Positions 40,502 to 51,497 are shown, counted from the first letter of the stretch. The stretch: 64,000 nt of DNA from an uncultured Phycisphaerales bacterium (GCA_963758525.1 CAVWVQ010000003.1:2688001-2752000), one strand, 5' to 3'. Notes: a model not told the origin generated them from the sequence alone. Numbers and translations are program-made.

Positions 40502-41100
40502 TCAATGGGCCGCGGATCGTGCGACGCGCCGAATGCTCTGCCGGCTCACCGTTGTCGCGTGTGTAGATCCCCGGCCGGCTGGCATGTAGGCACCTGCCAC
40601 TGGCCCAGGCGCGCAAACGTTCCACCGATTCGGCGGCGCTGACGGAGATGGGAACGACATTGCGCAGCTTCCTTGAGCGGAATGTTCAGGATCGCCGCCA
40701 GGCGGCAGCACGATTGAATCTCCGCGCCCGTCCATCCCTCGTCGGCGGGGCGCGTACTGGGGTGATCGCAGGCAAGCCATACTTACAGAGATAGATCGGC
40801 CAGATCGCTTCCCGCTCGGGGGCGGAGGGCAGGTCGATGTAGAAGATGCCGTCGAATCTCTCTGCCCGTCCAAACTCCGGCGGGAGCTTGGAGATGTCAT
40901 TGGCGGTGGCGGTGGCAACCACGAACACATCACTCATGTGATCCGCCAGCCAGGTCGATATCCCACACCGCCAGCGACCATTTGTTCTGCCGGGCGAGTT
41001 GGGCGATGTCGCGCAGGACATCGTGATGTTCCGCCGACTGGATCCAGATTCCGGTGAATGCGGCGGCAATGTATTCGGTGAAACGTTGAGTGAGCGTCAT
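40502..41100 (-). pseudogene. Internally deleted paralogue of the AAA ATPase at 53010-54506
   Basis: [23 protein letters not shown] joined directly to [30 protein letters not shown]. Confidence 0.85.
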
Positions 41101-41254
41101 GAAGTTCTCCTGTGTTTTGATGTTGGTTAAACCGGGAGGTAGGGAAACGACATGAACTGAGCGATGGCTAACCCGCCGCGAGAGCGGCGTCGCGGTGAAG
41201 CAAAATCGCGAAGCGGTTTCGGCCGATCATCAGGCGCGGTGCGCGACGAAGCGT

Positions 41255-42150
41255 TTAGAGCGTCAGAGTCGGCGAGGCAATGTGGTGTGAACGGCGCGCT
41301 CCGGCGCTGCTTCGTAGGGTCCCGCATTCGGGGCATCGCTCATTCGTTGCGCGAAGATCGTAGCCGCACTTGCGGCAGATGCCCGGACCGATGGTCTTCC
41401 AGCGTGACAGCCACAGGCAACCGAAAGCGATCAGCACCAAAAGTACCGACACCGGCCACAGCGAAAACTGAATGTAGTGCCCGTTGGCCGCGGTGAGTCT
41501 GGCCAGGCCAAAGAGCTCCGGGGCCGGGAGAATTGGGGCATCGAGTTTACGGTCCGCGCGAACGGAGACGCCCGGCGGGAGGCGAATCGAATCGAAACGA
41601 AAGCGCCCGTTGTTGCATCGAAACCACCGCAGCGTGCCAGATTCAACATTGTGAAGGTGCTGCGGATACCAATAACTCAGAATGGCCAGCGATGCTGCGG
41701 CCAGCGCCAGTGCGGTCAGCATGATGCCGGCAATCTTCAACGATGACCTCGCACCCCCGAGGGCTTGGCTGTGGTTGGGCAGCCTGACTCGTCGAAGAGC
41801 ACGAATGGCATCGACCGAGCCTATCGCGAAGAGAGCGGTCAGAAACCAGAGAGGCACGAACAGGTCGTGCACCGCGCCATGAAGAACAGCGTAGAAGCCG
41901 AGATAGCTTTTGACCGTAGGGAGTTTCGAGTGGATTGGCTCATCGAGCGCGTTCCACCACCCAGCTTCGCCCGGGTGTGCGGGTCTGTTCATCCAGACAA
42001 TCAGACCCTCCCGACAGGCCAGCATCCAGCGCGCTGATCAGTTGCGTGGGACAACTGATCAATTTGCCAATTGCTCCGCGCCCAAACCACGGCCGTTGCC
42101 AGGCACAATGCCAGTGACAAGGCGGAGAGAATGCGAAACAGCCGTCTCAT
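41255..42150 (-). CDS. Membrane protein with C-terminal CxxCGYDLRA..RCPECG Zn ribbon; frameshift near 42030
   Basis: MRRLFRILSALSLALCLATAVVWARS start; several TMs; CRKCGYDLRATNERCPECG. Confidence 0.75.
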
Positions 42151-42269
42151 GGTTTCCCCACGTAATCGACGAAAATGGAAAATTCCCCAGTGGCGCTGAC
42201 GCAAGCATCTTAGGGCGTGGCGAACAGCATCAAAATTCCCGCGAATCTCGCGACAACGGGGAAAATTGG

Positions 42270-43130
42270 TTACTCGGGCTTGCCGAGCCGCTGTAATGCG
42301 TAGGCAGCGTGCTCGCTCTGGCGGTCATGCCGCACGTACTCACGCCAGTGCAGGCGGGCTTCAACTTCCTCCCCCAGATCGTCGAGCGCATCTGCGAGGT
42401 TGTAGCGTGCCCTCCAGTTGTCGGGAGCGGCCTCCAACGCACGGCGGAATGCACCGGCTGCTTCCTGCAGGCTTCCCAGCTCTCCCAGGCACAGGCCGAG
42501 ATTATTCCATGCGTCGCTGTGAGAGCTGTCTATTTCGACAACTTGCAGATACCGCTCGACTGCCTGCTGCCGTTCTCCCAAGCTCCGCAAGACGTTGGCC
42601 AGCGCGAAGCAGACGTCGGCGTCGGGGCCGCCTTCCAGTAGTGCCTGGCGGTAAGATCCAGCCGCCTCCGCCAGCTGCCCCTGTTCCTCTTGCTGAAGGC
42701 CGTGCGTGAACCATTCCCCAGCGTTTCGCGGACCGCCGATGATCCGCAGCGGATGCTGCGGCCTGTCCTGATCGAAGTCAAAATGATATTGCCCATCGGC
42801 TTCGGTGAGATCTCCCTGCTCTAACCGCACGAGCAGTGTCCCGCTCCGCTCCAGGATGGCGAGTTGTTCAAGCGGATATTCCGTGTCCGACTGGCGCTCG
42901 CGTAAAACCTTGAGACTCTTGCGCACACGACCGAGAGTGACGCCGCTGGCCAGCAGATCGCAGAGGCATTTAGCCGCGGAGACCTGACGAAAATCAAATT
43001 GCGCGATATTACCCTGCGAGATGGTGGGGCGAATCAGGCCTGCTCGCACCCAAGCCCGCAGCCGCTCGGCGGGGACGTTCAAAATCTCGCCGAGCGAGTC
43101 GAGGGTATACGTCTTTACGCTCGTGTCCAT
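42270..43130 (-). CDS. MerR-type HTH plus TPR protein
   Basis: LRAWVRAGLIRP; TPRs (DAWNNLG, ARYNLA). Confidence 0.85.
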   Translation of the reverse strand: MDTSVKTYTLDSLGEILNVPAERLRAWVRAGLIRPTISQGNIAQFDFRQVSAAKCLCDLLASGVTLGRVRKSLKVLRERQSDTEYPLEQLAILERSGTLLVRLEQGDLTEADGQYHFDFDQDRPQHPLRIIGGPRNAGEWFTHGLQQEEQGQLAEAAGSYRQALLEGGPDADVCFALANVLRSLGERQQAVERYLQVVEIDSSHSDAWNNLGLCLGELGSLQEAAGAFRRALEAAPDNWRARYNLADALDDLGEEVEARLHWREYVRHDRQSEHAAYALQRLGKPE

Positions 43131-44029
43131 CGCGGCTGGAGTATACGCTGAACAGCTCGCATTTTACGACGATTTGCGCCGCTTCGACGCCGCCGCTGAC
43201 GCGGCCGGTTTGCTGGCGCTGCCAGCTTGGCCGGCTTCTTCTTTTGAGGCTTGGCAGTTTCCAGGCTCTTCTTCAGCGCTTCCATCAAGTCGGGAATTTG
43301 CTGCAGATCATCCACCGGCGGCGTGACGATTTGCTTCCCGGCAACCTTGCTCTCGACGAGCTGCAAGAGCCGCTCATCGTACGTGTCCTTGTATTGCTTG
43401 AAGTCAAAATCTTCGTCAACCATCGACTCGACGAGCATGTGAGCCATCTTCAGCTCTTGCGCTCCTGTTTCTGCCTTTGGGACTTCGGCGGCGAACTCGC
43501 TGGCCGGCCGCACCGCAGACGCGAACGACAGGAATGTCATTGCCAGCAGGCCGCCGGTCGGCCGCAGCAGCACCACCTGATCTTTGGCCCCGAAAACGAC
43601 CTGTGCGAAGGCGTAGTTCTCCTGCTCCAGCATCGTGCGCAGAAGCAGCGCGTACGGCTTGAAACCGACCGGGCCATCAGGGACAAGATACATCGTGCGA
43701 CCGCTGTACTGCGCCGGATCGATCGCGTTCGGCTTGATGAACGCTACGATATTGACGGCCTTGTCCTTCTCCGACCGCAGTTTCTCCAGCTCGTTCGGAT
43801 CGATGATGACATACTGGTCCGGCGAGTATTGATAGCCGCTGACGATCTGATCGCCCTTGACCTCACCATGCTCGGGGCAGGTTTTGCGGTATTTGATCCG
43901 CATTCCGCAGTCTTTGTGGAGTTGATTCAACGCCACACCACTCTCGCTGGCCGTGGCGGAGTACGCCTTCACGGGGAGTGTGACCAGACCGAAGCGGATG
44001 AAGCCCTTCCAGACAGATCGCGCAGCCAT
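43115..44029 (-). CDS. ku: Non-homologous end-joining protein Ku
   Basis: RSVWKGFIRFGLVTLPVKAYSAT, RIKYRK, YKDTYDERL, DLMEALKKSL. Confidence 0.95.
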   Translation of the reverse strand: MAARSVWKGFIRFGLVTLPVKAYSATASESGVALNQLHKDCGMRIKYRKTCPEHGEVKGDQIVSGYQYSPDQYVIIDPNELEKLRSEKDKAVNIVAFIKPNAIDPAQYSGRTMYLVPDGPVGFKPYALLLRTMLEQENYAFAQVVFGAKDQVVLLRPTGGLLAMTFLSFASAVRPASEFAAEVPKAETGAQELKMAHMLVESMVDEDFDFKQYKDTYDERLLQLVESKVAGKQIVTPPVDDLQQIPDLMEALKKSLETAKPQKKKPAKLAAPANRPRQRRRRSGANRRKMRAVQRILQPRWTRA

Positions 44030-44317
44030 ATAGCCTCTGAGGCCCGCGGCCTCGGGTGATCCGTCCATGGAGTAGGATTCGAAAATGTCGGAGAAGCGGC
44101 GTGAGTCGCCCGACAGATATCAGTGTATCGCCTGGCCGGCGGGCGGGAACAGAAGAAATTCGAGCGCGGCTCCGCGGACCAAGGGCACCCGCTCGGACGC
44201 TGGCCGAATGATGTTCTTATCGGACGAGGATCGGGGGCATGCGCGTTCGCATTCGCCTTTTGCACCGCCTCCCCAGGACGCGCGTCATGGGTTCTCGCGA
44301 TGGTGAGGCGATCTATT

Positions 44318-44539
44318 TCATTGTGCTTCAAACCTACCGACTCCCGACGTGCAAGAGTCGTAGTGGGCCGTGACGGACAGATTCTGCGCCGCATGCTCCG
44401 CCTGGAGCGCCGCTTGAAAGAGCGGATCGTTCCCAGTGTATCCGAGTTGCTCAAGTCGCATGCGGAGCCGTCGAAAGTAGCGAAGATGCCGGTTCACCTG
44501 CTCTCGTAACTCAGTGGCTTGGGCGGGGGTGATTCGCAC
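44318..44539 (-). CDS. Small helical hypothetical protein
   Basis: 73 aa; paralogues at 8021, 27879 and ~33500. Confidence 0.7.
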   Translation of the reverse strand: MRITPAQATELREQVNRHLRYFRRLRMRLEQLGYTGNDPLFQAALQAEHAAQNLSVTAHYDSCTSGVGRFEAQ

Positions 44540-44725
44540 GCCAGCAGCCTACATTACGGGCGCAATTTCGTCGCCACTGTTTGAACGATTTCAGATCAGC
44601 GCAATCGAGGAGGGCCGGCATTGACGGCCGGGCGGAGCTGTCGGTGTCAAACCACTGGGCAGCGTCGCGCGGGACATTCGCGATCAGCATCTTTGCGGTA
44701 TGTCGTTCCGGATGAATCAACAAGC

Positions 44726-45085
44726 TCACGTTTCAATACTGAGCGTCTTGACTCCGATCCATGCATGATCGCCCGCTCTGCCAAGGACATAAACCTCAAC
44801 TTCAGAGCCGCGTGTGACACGAAAGACACCAAGGCCATTGAAATTGGACTCCAAAACCTTCCGTAGCGACTGGAATCGGCTCGCCTGATCGTCATCCACC
44901 AATTCACCAAAAAAGGCTTCAATGGTCTGTTCACTGATCGCGTTCGAGTTTGCGTGAGCTGCTACGGCATCCCGCGATGATCCATCGGTCGCGGGCCAGT
45001 TGAAGACTTCAAATGGCTCATCACTCTCCGACGGGTAGAGCAATCCCGCGACAGCCAGCCGAAGTTGTGACAACACAGCGTTCAT
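44726..45085 (-). CDS. nuiA: Nuclease A inhibitor
   Basis: GLLYPSESDEPFEVF..EVYVLG..GVKTLSIET; coupled to the nuclease gene. Confidence 0.9.
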   Translation of the reverse strand: MNAVLSQLRLAVAGLLYPSESDEPFEVFNWPATDGSSRDAVAAHANSNAISEQTIEAFFGELVDDDQASRFQSLRKVLESNFNGLGVFRVTRGSEVEVYVLGRAGDHAWIGVKTLSIET

Positions 45086-46071
45086 CAATCCGGTCCAGCA
45101 TGCAGCAACGGGCGGGGCGGGGTGATTGTTTCTGAATCGACCTTTGCGTCCAAGGCCATCCGGACGTCATCGGGTAGAGCCGTAAAGAAATGCAGTCCGG
45201 TCTTTGCTTCGATCGAGGCTGGCGCGCAGCGGAAACCCGCCCATTCCTCGCCAACGCGGTCATTGTCGTTTGGAACATCCACGGCAATCACCCGGTCCGT
45301 CGCATCAACGTTTGCCAAATCATCACGTCCAGTATCGCGTGTGACGACGATGACCTTCCAAATTTGCGCGGGCACGATCACGCGACCCTCGGCGATCGAA
45401 TCTGCCGGACCCTTGCTGCCGACGCCGCCACGGCCTGCCGGTCCGCTGCTGATGTACAGTCGATCGCCGGCCCGCGCCAGCTCGCGGCAATAGTTCTCCA
45501 ACTGAGCCCAGCACTTGCGATTGTTGTTTGGTGCCTGGGGGACGATGTTGGTCATGACGAAAGTGCCATAACTGCTCGAAAGAGTACTTGCGCGGTCGGA
45601 GTGATCGCACATATGCCCGCGATCGAATCCGCTGCCGGTGTAGTCTCGCGACGCGACGTGATCGAAGCTGGCGGGCAGGGTATCGTCAGAATCAAAAGTC
45701 CGCTTACGCGGCGCGCTTCCCAGGTCTGCTGCGCAGAGCCGCCAGGAAACCCATCGGGGCTCGCCGGCGGAGTCGTCATATGCGAGCGCAAAATACGGCT
45801 TGACCATCAGGTAGTTGTCGCGGTTAACGGGATCCTCTGTCGCGCCGCTGGGATTGCCGAGCAGCATCTGCACAGACGATGGGCCAGACGGCGGAGGCGG
45901 CGGAAGTGCGGCGTTGCTCGGAAAGGCTTGCGTTGCCGGAGAACCATCAGGCGCGTTCGGTCCCCGTGCCAAATCGTCCGGGGGGCGCGACAGCCACAAG
46001 CCCAGGACGATTAGCGCGACGCAGACAAGCAGGATCGAGATGACTAACAGCAATTGGCGGGGCTTTGGCAC
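45085..46071 (-). CDS. nucA: DNA/RNA non-specific endonuclease (NucA-like), membrane-anchored
   Basis: LGNPS, GFDRGHM, TFVMTNIVPQAPNNNR..W..LE. Confidence 0.92.
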   Translation of the reverse strand: MPKPRQLLLVISILLVCVALIVLGLWLSRPPDDLARGPNAPDGSPATQAFPSNAALPPPPPSGPSSVQMLLGNPSGATEDPVNRDNYLMVKPYFALAYDDSAGEPRWVSWRLCAADLGSAPRKRTFDSDDTLPASFDHVASRDYTGSGFDRGHMCDHSDRASTLSSSYGTFVMTNIVPQAPNNNRKCWAQLENYCRELARAGDRLYISSGPAGRGGVGSKGPADSIAEGRVIVPAQIWKVIVVTRDTGRDDLANVDATDRVIAVDVPNDNDRVGEEWAGFRCAPASIEAKTGLHFFTALPDDVRMALDAKVDSETITPPRPLLHAGPD

Positions 46072-46103
46072 GGCCCCCAGCTTATCGATGCGCGCTTCGG
46101 CCG

Positions 46104-46661
46104 CTACTTCCAGCCGACCGCGAGTGCCGACGCAGTGGAAGCGCTGCACTCGGGGCAGGTACCGCTGACGTTGCCGGTCAAGGAGTACCCGCACTGGATA
46201 CAACGGTTCTCCTCCCGACGCTTGAGTCTTTGCTTCCGCCGGCCCAGCCAAGCGGGAGTTTGCCAGAGGAGACAAGCGGCGAACAGGATGCCGCTCATGT
46301 CGCGCACTTGCGAATACAAAGCCACCTGCCGGGACCGGTCGGCAGCGAGGTAGCTTTTTAGAAGGCTTCTCTGCCTAGCTTGCAGCCGTCTCACTTCCGC
46401 ATTCAGCGCGTGACCCTGTTGGACGAATACCGGATCATCGGTCTCGGCGACATGAGAATAAGGATCGGAAGAACGATAAGCAGCCGCCGCAAGCAACGCG
46501 CGATAGAGCTGCTGTTGGTTATTCCGAAGCAGCGGTACGAACTTTTCCTGCGCAAGCCGCGTTGTCCGCGCAGTCGAAGCTTTCAGCAAGGCGCAGGTGA
46601 TCCACACCAAGAGGGCCAGAAGAAGCACCAGATTCAGCGGCGACTTGAGGAGACGTCTCAC
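46104..46661 (-). CDS. Membrane protein with C-terminal CxxCGYSL..CPEC Zn ribbon
   Basis: CIQCGYSLTGNVSGTCPECS. Confidence 0.75.
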   Translation of the reverse strand: MRRLLKSPLNLVLLLALLVWITCALLKASTARTTRLAQEKFVPLLRNNQQQLYRALLAAAAYRSSDPYSHVAETDDPVFVQQGHALNAEVRRLQARQRSLLKSYLAADRSRQVALYSQVRDMSGILFAACLLWQTPAWLGRRKQRLKRREENRCIQCGYSLTGNVSGTCPECSASTASALAVGWK

Positions 46662-46707
46662 TTCGATATTTTATACGAGATGATCTGCCACCACGAAACG
46701 ATTAGAG

Positions 46708-47415
46708 GTGCAAGAGATGCAAGAGCCTCAAAAGCTTGATCGCACACACCTTCTCTATGGCCCGTATCGCCCGCCGAAAGCCCGTCGGGGCGACCGCCTC
46801 TTCTGTGAGATCCTCGGCACGGTCAAAGTAGGCGGCCATCACAATGCACCTGTCATGTGGCCGTGGATCGCCAAGAGCGGCCGTCACACGCTGGTCCTCT
46901 GCGGTGATCTGGTCAGGGCGGTCCGATCTGAATCGGAGATCGCCGTGGCGCATCATTTCGGAGTCGTCAACGCGACGGTTCGCAAATGGCGTCGAGCGCT
47001 CGGGGTGGGTCGAAGCACAGAGGGTACGCGCCAACTTGAGCGCGGCGTCGCACTTGGCAGAACGGACGATCGGCTGGAACTCGCGCGCCGGAATTCCAAA
47101 ACCGCGCCGGCCCTCGCGAAATCGTCGGCGAGACTGAAGGGTCGTATTCAGCCGCCGTCGGTGATCGAAGCAGCCAGGGAGGCGGCGCACCGTCCGCGGT
47201 CAGAATCGTGGAAGTTGCAGATGGCGGCATATTGGCAACGCCGCGGTCATCCACCGGGTCATCCCGAATCGAGATTCTGGACGTCGAGCGAGGATGCCCT
47301 GCTGGGAACCGCCACTGATGCAGAAGTGGGGCGGAAGATCCGCAGAAGCACAAAAGCAGTGAGCGGCCGTCGATTCGTGCTCAAGATCCCCAGATACCGG
47401 AAACGATCGATTTGA
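46708..47415 (+). CDS. Hypothetical basic HTH-like protein
   Basis: AVAHHFGVVNATVRKWRRALGV; WTSSEDALLGTATDAEVGRKI. Confidence 0.65.
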   Translation: MQEMQEPQKLDRTHLLYGPYRPPKARRGDRLFCEILGTVKVGGHHNAPVMWPWIAKSGRHTLVLCGDLVRAVRSESEIAVAHHFGVVNATVRKWRRALGVGRSTEGTRQLERGVALGRTDDRLELARRNSKTAPALAKSSARLKGRIQPPSVIEAAREAAHRPRSESWKLQMAAYWQRRGHPPGHPESRFWTSSEDALLGTATDAEVGRKIRRSTKAVSGRRFVLKIPRYRKRSI

Positions 47416-48293
47416 AAAGAGACGCCCATGTCGCGCTGGCGGTTCACGATTCTGTCAGCGGCTCCCAGGCCGTGATCAATGTCCCCGATGACGAGCGCCG
47501 TTTGTTCTGGCGGGCGAGTCGGGCGATATTGCAATGGGCATCGTGATGTTCCGAGGACTGTATCCAGTAATGCTGCGGCGTTGGGGACCCGGTTGCATGA
47601 GAGTCATAGAGTCCCCCGTGTGTGCGTTTTGGGGAGGGGCGAGGGGACGGAATGGATGGAGATCCGAGGGGCGAATTTTCTTTCACGGCGGGAATGTCGG
47701 GAACTGGCCTGGTGTTGTCACCTCCGGCGACGTATCTCGGCCGCTGAAAGGCCGGATCAGTTGGTCGTTTGACTTTGCGCTGTTAAACGGTGTTCTGCGC
47801 TCCGCCGAACCGGGAGTCGCTCGTTCGGCGCACCCGCCACGCCAGGAATCTCGATCGGCATTGCGATCGCGTGGGCACCTGCTCAACTCCAGCCAACGCA
47901 GCGCCCATGTGTAGACCCGTGCAACCTCCGCCGGCCGGGCCGCCAGTTTCGGCGGCAATGGCCAGTCGCTGAACACTCCGGTGGGGCTAGCGGGATCCGG
48001 TTCCGCGGCTACAGCATGCCGATGAAGCTCCGTGAAATGACGATCGATTGTCGTCCGAGGCTTCTGCCCCTTCACCGCGCTCGATGACTTACTGCCACGC
48101 CGTAGATCGGATCATCGGCGCAGACATGCGAGATCGGGGCGTGGTGATGTATCCGCTGGCCGAGTCGGGTCGCGTTCAGTCAACTCATACCGGTGCGTGG
48201 AAATCGCAATCGAGATCAGCGACGCGACCACGGCCAACGCCAGCACGGCAGCCACGTTGTGGAGGATGACGATTGCGCGGTCACCTACGCCGT

Positions 48294-48941
48294 TCACAGG
48301 CATGGGGGAAGCTCCCCCGATAGAAACCGCTGGCAGGGTTTGGCAACGGACATCGGAGCATAGGATGGCGCTTCGATTCTTTGCTCCGCCGCCCGCGCTC
48401 TCTTCTCTCCGGCCTCCACGAGCGATTTGATTGCGACGAGGGTGTCGCGTTCGCCCTGGCTGGATGCACCCCGCCGCGATGCCGCTATGGCGCGGGCAAG
48501 GTGCTCGGCCGCCTTCGCCAATTCGTCGGCGAGTGTCGTCGGTTGTTTCTCCACGGGCAGCGGTTCCGGTTTTGGCAGATCCATTTTCATTGACCGTTGT
48601 CCCCACACAGCTTCTGACGCCCACGTCGCAAGCAGCTCACCGCGGCTGCAGACGCCGAAGCGTTGGTACAGCCGCTTGATGTATAGATGCGTCGTGTGAA
48701 TCGAAATCCCCAACTTGCGGGCAATCTGCTTTTCACCTTCGCCTGACCGGAGGAGCGAGAGAACCTCCCTTTGGCGGGGAGGCAGGTGAAGCTCACGGGG
48801 AACGACCGTTGTTACTGGAGCGATAGTTGTGTGCTGTCCATGCAATATGAGATCAACGAGCGGGTAACTTTTTTCCGAAAAGGTAGCAGAAATGCCAATT
48901 TTTTTTGGGTGTGTAAACGGAAGGCGCGTTTCCGGCACCAA
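48294..48941 (-). CDS. LuxR-type HTH protein (start uncertain)
   Basis: LPPRQREVLSLL..GEGEKQIARKLGISIHT..YIKRLY.RFGV.SRGELL. Confidence 0.75.
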   Translation of the reverse strand: MVPETRLPFTHPKKIGISATFSEKSYPLVDLILHGQHTTIAPVTTVVPRELHLPPRQREVLSLLRSGEGEKQIARKLGISIHTTHLYIKRLYQRFGVCSRGELLATWASEAVWGQRSMKMDLPKPEPLPVEKQPTTLADELAKAAEHLARAIAASRRGASSQGERDTLVAIKSLVEAGEKRARAAEQRIEAPSYAPMSVAKPCQRFLSGELPPCL

Positions 48942-49278
48942 CTACCGACCCACTATTCCAAACTGCATTGCAGGCAGAACAGCTAACGGCGGTTATCGCT
49001 GCTGCACCCGCTGCTGCGTTTCCGCCGTCTGATGAAATTCCGCTGTCAGCTGCTCGGCGGTTCGATCGCCCGGGGCGTGCACGATGAAGTTGCCGGCCTA
49101 GCGGCAAGCCCGTGGGTCAAACATCGGCTTACAATCAATCGGGAAAGTAGCGAGTTGAAACTAACATCCTCGAATATCGCGAGACGACTGCTTATTCTCG
49201 CAACGATAGGTAAAAAAAAACAAGCATCCCCGCCGGCCGGCCCTCGTCGCTGAACTGCAACGAAGGCCGGCTCTGTAG

Positions 49279-50253
49279 TTATTCCCGCTGACGCGGGTCA
49301 AACCGTTTGCTGCAAGTCGCAGCGTCGATCACCCGACCCGCCGCCATTTGCTTGTCCTTCTCCCGTCGACGACGGAGTGCCTTTCTTTTCCAAGGACTCC
49401 ACAACCAGATCGCCACGTGACACAAGATACCGCCGACGAGGATCACAACGACTACGGCGACCGGACGGACAAATCTGTCAGCCACGCCGAAGACGAGTCG
49501 CTCGATCAGACCGGGCGTCGGCGCTTCGCCATTGGTCGACGGGGTCGTGCCGCCAAGCATGTTGTCTTTTACGGCAATGACCGTCGCGACGCCACCAGCC
49601 GTCAGCAAGACCTTCGGGTGCGTCTCCAAATAGTCCAATACCCGCGCCGGCGCTCTCGCCATCGCCACCAGAAGCCGGTTTCGCTCTCCCGCCGGCAGCG
49701 CCGCAATTTCGTCAGCGTAGCGGGCGAACGTCACCGCCTGATCGGTTGTGAGCCCCTGGCCGATGGTGATGCCGTCCGTGCCCAACTTCTCGGCGAGGCT
49801 GGCGCCCGCGCCAGGATGTTTTGCTTCCAACACCAGCGCATCCTTCCCATATGCCGCCACAAGCCGCGCCGTCACTTCTGGATCGCGTGCGGCGGCACGG
49901 ATGGCTGGCGCAACGAGATCGGGCGAAACGCCGTCCAACGCTCCAATGATTCGCGAGGGTGACCGTTCCACGGCGTTCAGCGCCGATGGTCCGTAGCGGG
50001 TGCCGTACTGGGTGACCCGTTCGACCAGTTCCTCGCCCCCTTCCTCCATGGCTCTATCGAGCACCTGGCGCACCGCCGCCTCGCCGCCCATTTCGGCAAG
50101 CTCCGTCGCTGCTTCACTCCCTCCTTCCCGAATCATGACGTCGACCAGCTCTCCGGCTGCGGCTTCCGTCGCCGAAGACAGTTGACACGTCATGATGCCG
50201 CTGGACGTCAAAGCAATCAGCAAAACAGACGCGAACAGAATTAGACGCCTCAT
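49279..50253 (-). CDS. Membrane-associated hypothetical protein
   Basis: N-terminal signal/TM, helical repeats, C-terminal TM; ATGA coupling. Confidence 0.75.
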   Translation of the reverse strand: MRRLILFASVLLIALTSSGIMTCQLSSATEAAAGELVDVMIREGGSEAATELAEMGGEAAVRQVLDRAMEEGGEELVERVTQYGTRYGPSALNAVERSPSRIIGALDGVSPDLVAPAIRAAARDPEVTARLVAAYGKDALVLEAKHPGAGASLAEKLGTDGITIGQGLTTDQAVTFARYADEIAALPAGERNRLLVAMARAPARVLDYLETHPKVLLTAGGVATVIAVKDNMLGGTTPSTNGEAPTPGLIERLVFGVADRFVRPVAVVVVILVGGILCHVAIWLWSPWKRKALRRRREKDKQMAAGRVIDAATCSKRFDPRQRE

Positions 50254-51407
50254 CTCCGGGCCTCCAACAAAGCGTCAATAATCGCCTGCCGTTGGTTTTG
50301 CTCCGCCAGCTTCGCCGCCTGCTCGAACGATGCCCGCAAGCCGGGGGATTTCTCACCGCCGTCCACAATCTCATGTTCAAGCGTGTCCAGGAATTTGTCA
50401 GACTGATCGATGACATGCGCTTCAAGCCGATTGCTCGTCCACCAGTCGACCGCCGCGCCGACGGCCAAGCCAGCGCCTACGCCGATCGCGGTGCCGGCGG
50501 GGCCAACCAGCGATCCGGCTCCCGCACCCGTGGCGGTGCCGCCGACCATGGCGGTGTCGCCGGCAACGTCCACGGCCAGCGATACGCCAACGCGGGCGAG
50601 GATCTCGGCGGCGAGCGCCTCCCCCGCCTCAGTGCCCGCCCAACCGCCGGCCACCGATGCCAAGCCGGTTACCACACTGTCACGGGGCGTGGTGGCGTTC
50701 AGTTGGTTGGCACGGTTTTCGATGTCCGCGTACAGACCATCCCACCCCTCGTCGGCGAGCACGATCGGCGACTGGCTGCCTTCCAACGGCAGCTGGATCT
50801 CTGCGAAGAGCTGATTGCGGCTCGCCTCAAGATCTCCGCGATACTGTTTCAGCACGTCTTCCAAATCAGCCTGGAGGGCCTGTTCCGACAGGACGTGCGC
50901 GCGAAACTTTGCCTGGATGTAATCGGCGACGTGGTTTGTGACTTTATTTCCCCGGACGTGACGGTCCCATTGGTCGGTGACGAAGCACCCCATCACACCG
51001 AACCGTGTTCGCCATCCCGACACGTCTTCGGCGAAGGGTTTGACGCCGACGCGGTGGACGTCGAATCGTTCGTGGAGCGCATCGATTGCCCGCGCTGCCG
51101 CCTGACGGTTGCGCTGGAGCGCCGCATCGAGCAGCGGCGAAATCTCCCTGCGGTAGAACACCGTCACGTTATCCGCCGGCACCTGCACGGTCGGCGACTG
51201 CGCCGTGAAGCCGCCCAAGTGCAGGCGTTGCCGTATTTGCGTGATCCGCCAAGCTGCCGCGATCAGGCCGATCGCCGCGAGCAGTGCCACGATCCAGCGC
51301 ACATAGGGCCGTCGGCTCACGACCCGCGGTAGCGGCGGGTGGTATTGAAGAGCGTGTGGAGTGCTCTTGTTTGTCTGTGTTGTTCCGTTCGTACTTTGGT
51401 CTTTCAT
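50250..51407 (-). CDS. Membrane protein with glycine-zipper segment
   Basis: AAGGAGG RBS; TM; GGTATGAGAGSLVGPAGTAIGVGAGLAVGAAVDW. Confidence 0.75.
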   Translation of the reverse strand: MKDQSTNGTTQTNKSTPHALQYHPPLPRVVSRRPYVRWIVALLAAIGLIAAAWRITQIRQRLHLGGFTAQSPTVQVPADNVTVFYRREISPLLDAALQRNRQAAARAIDALHERFDVHRVGVKPFAEDVSGWRTRFGVMGCFVTDQWDRHVRGNKVTNHVADYIQAKFRAHVLSEQALQADLEDVLKQYRGDLEASRNQLFAEIQLPLEGSQSPIVLADEGWDGLYADIENRANQLNATTPRDSVVTGLASVAGGWAGTEAGEALAAEILARVGVSLAVDVAGDTAMVGGTATGAGAGSLVGPAGTAIGVGAGLAVGAAVDWWTSNRLEAHVIDQSDKFLDTLEHEIVDGGEKSPGLRASFEQAAKLAEQNQRQAIIDALLEARR

Positions 51408-51497
51408 CGAAACCTCCTTCAATTGTGAAAATGAGTCGGCAGACCGGCGGCAGGACGGATTCGTCCTGCTTCCGGTCCGCGGTGTTTGAGGATTCAG

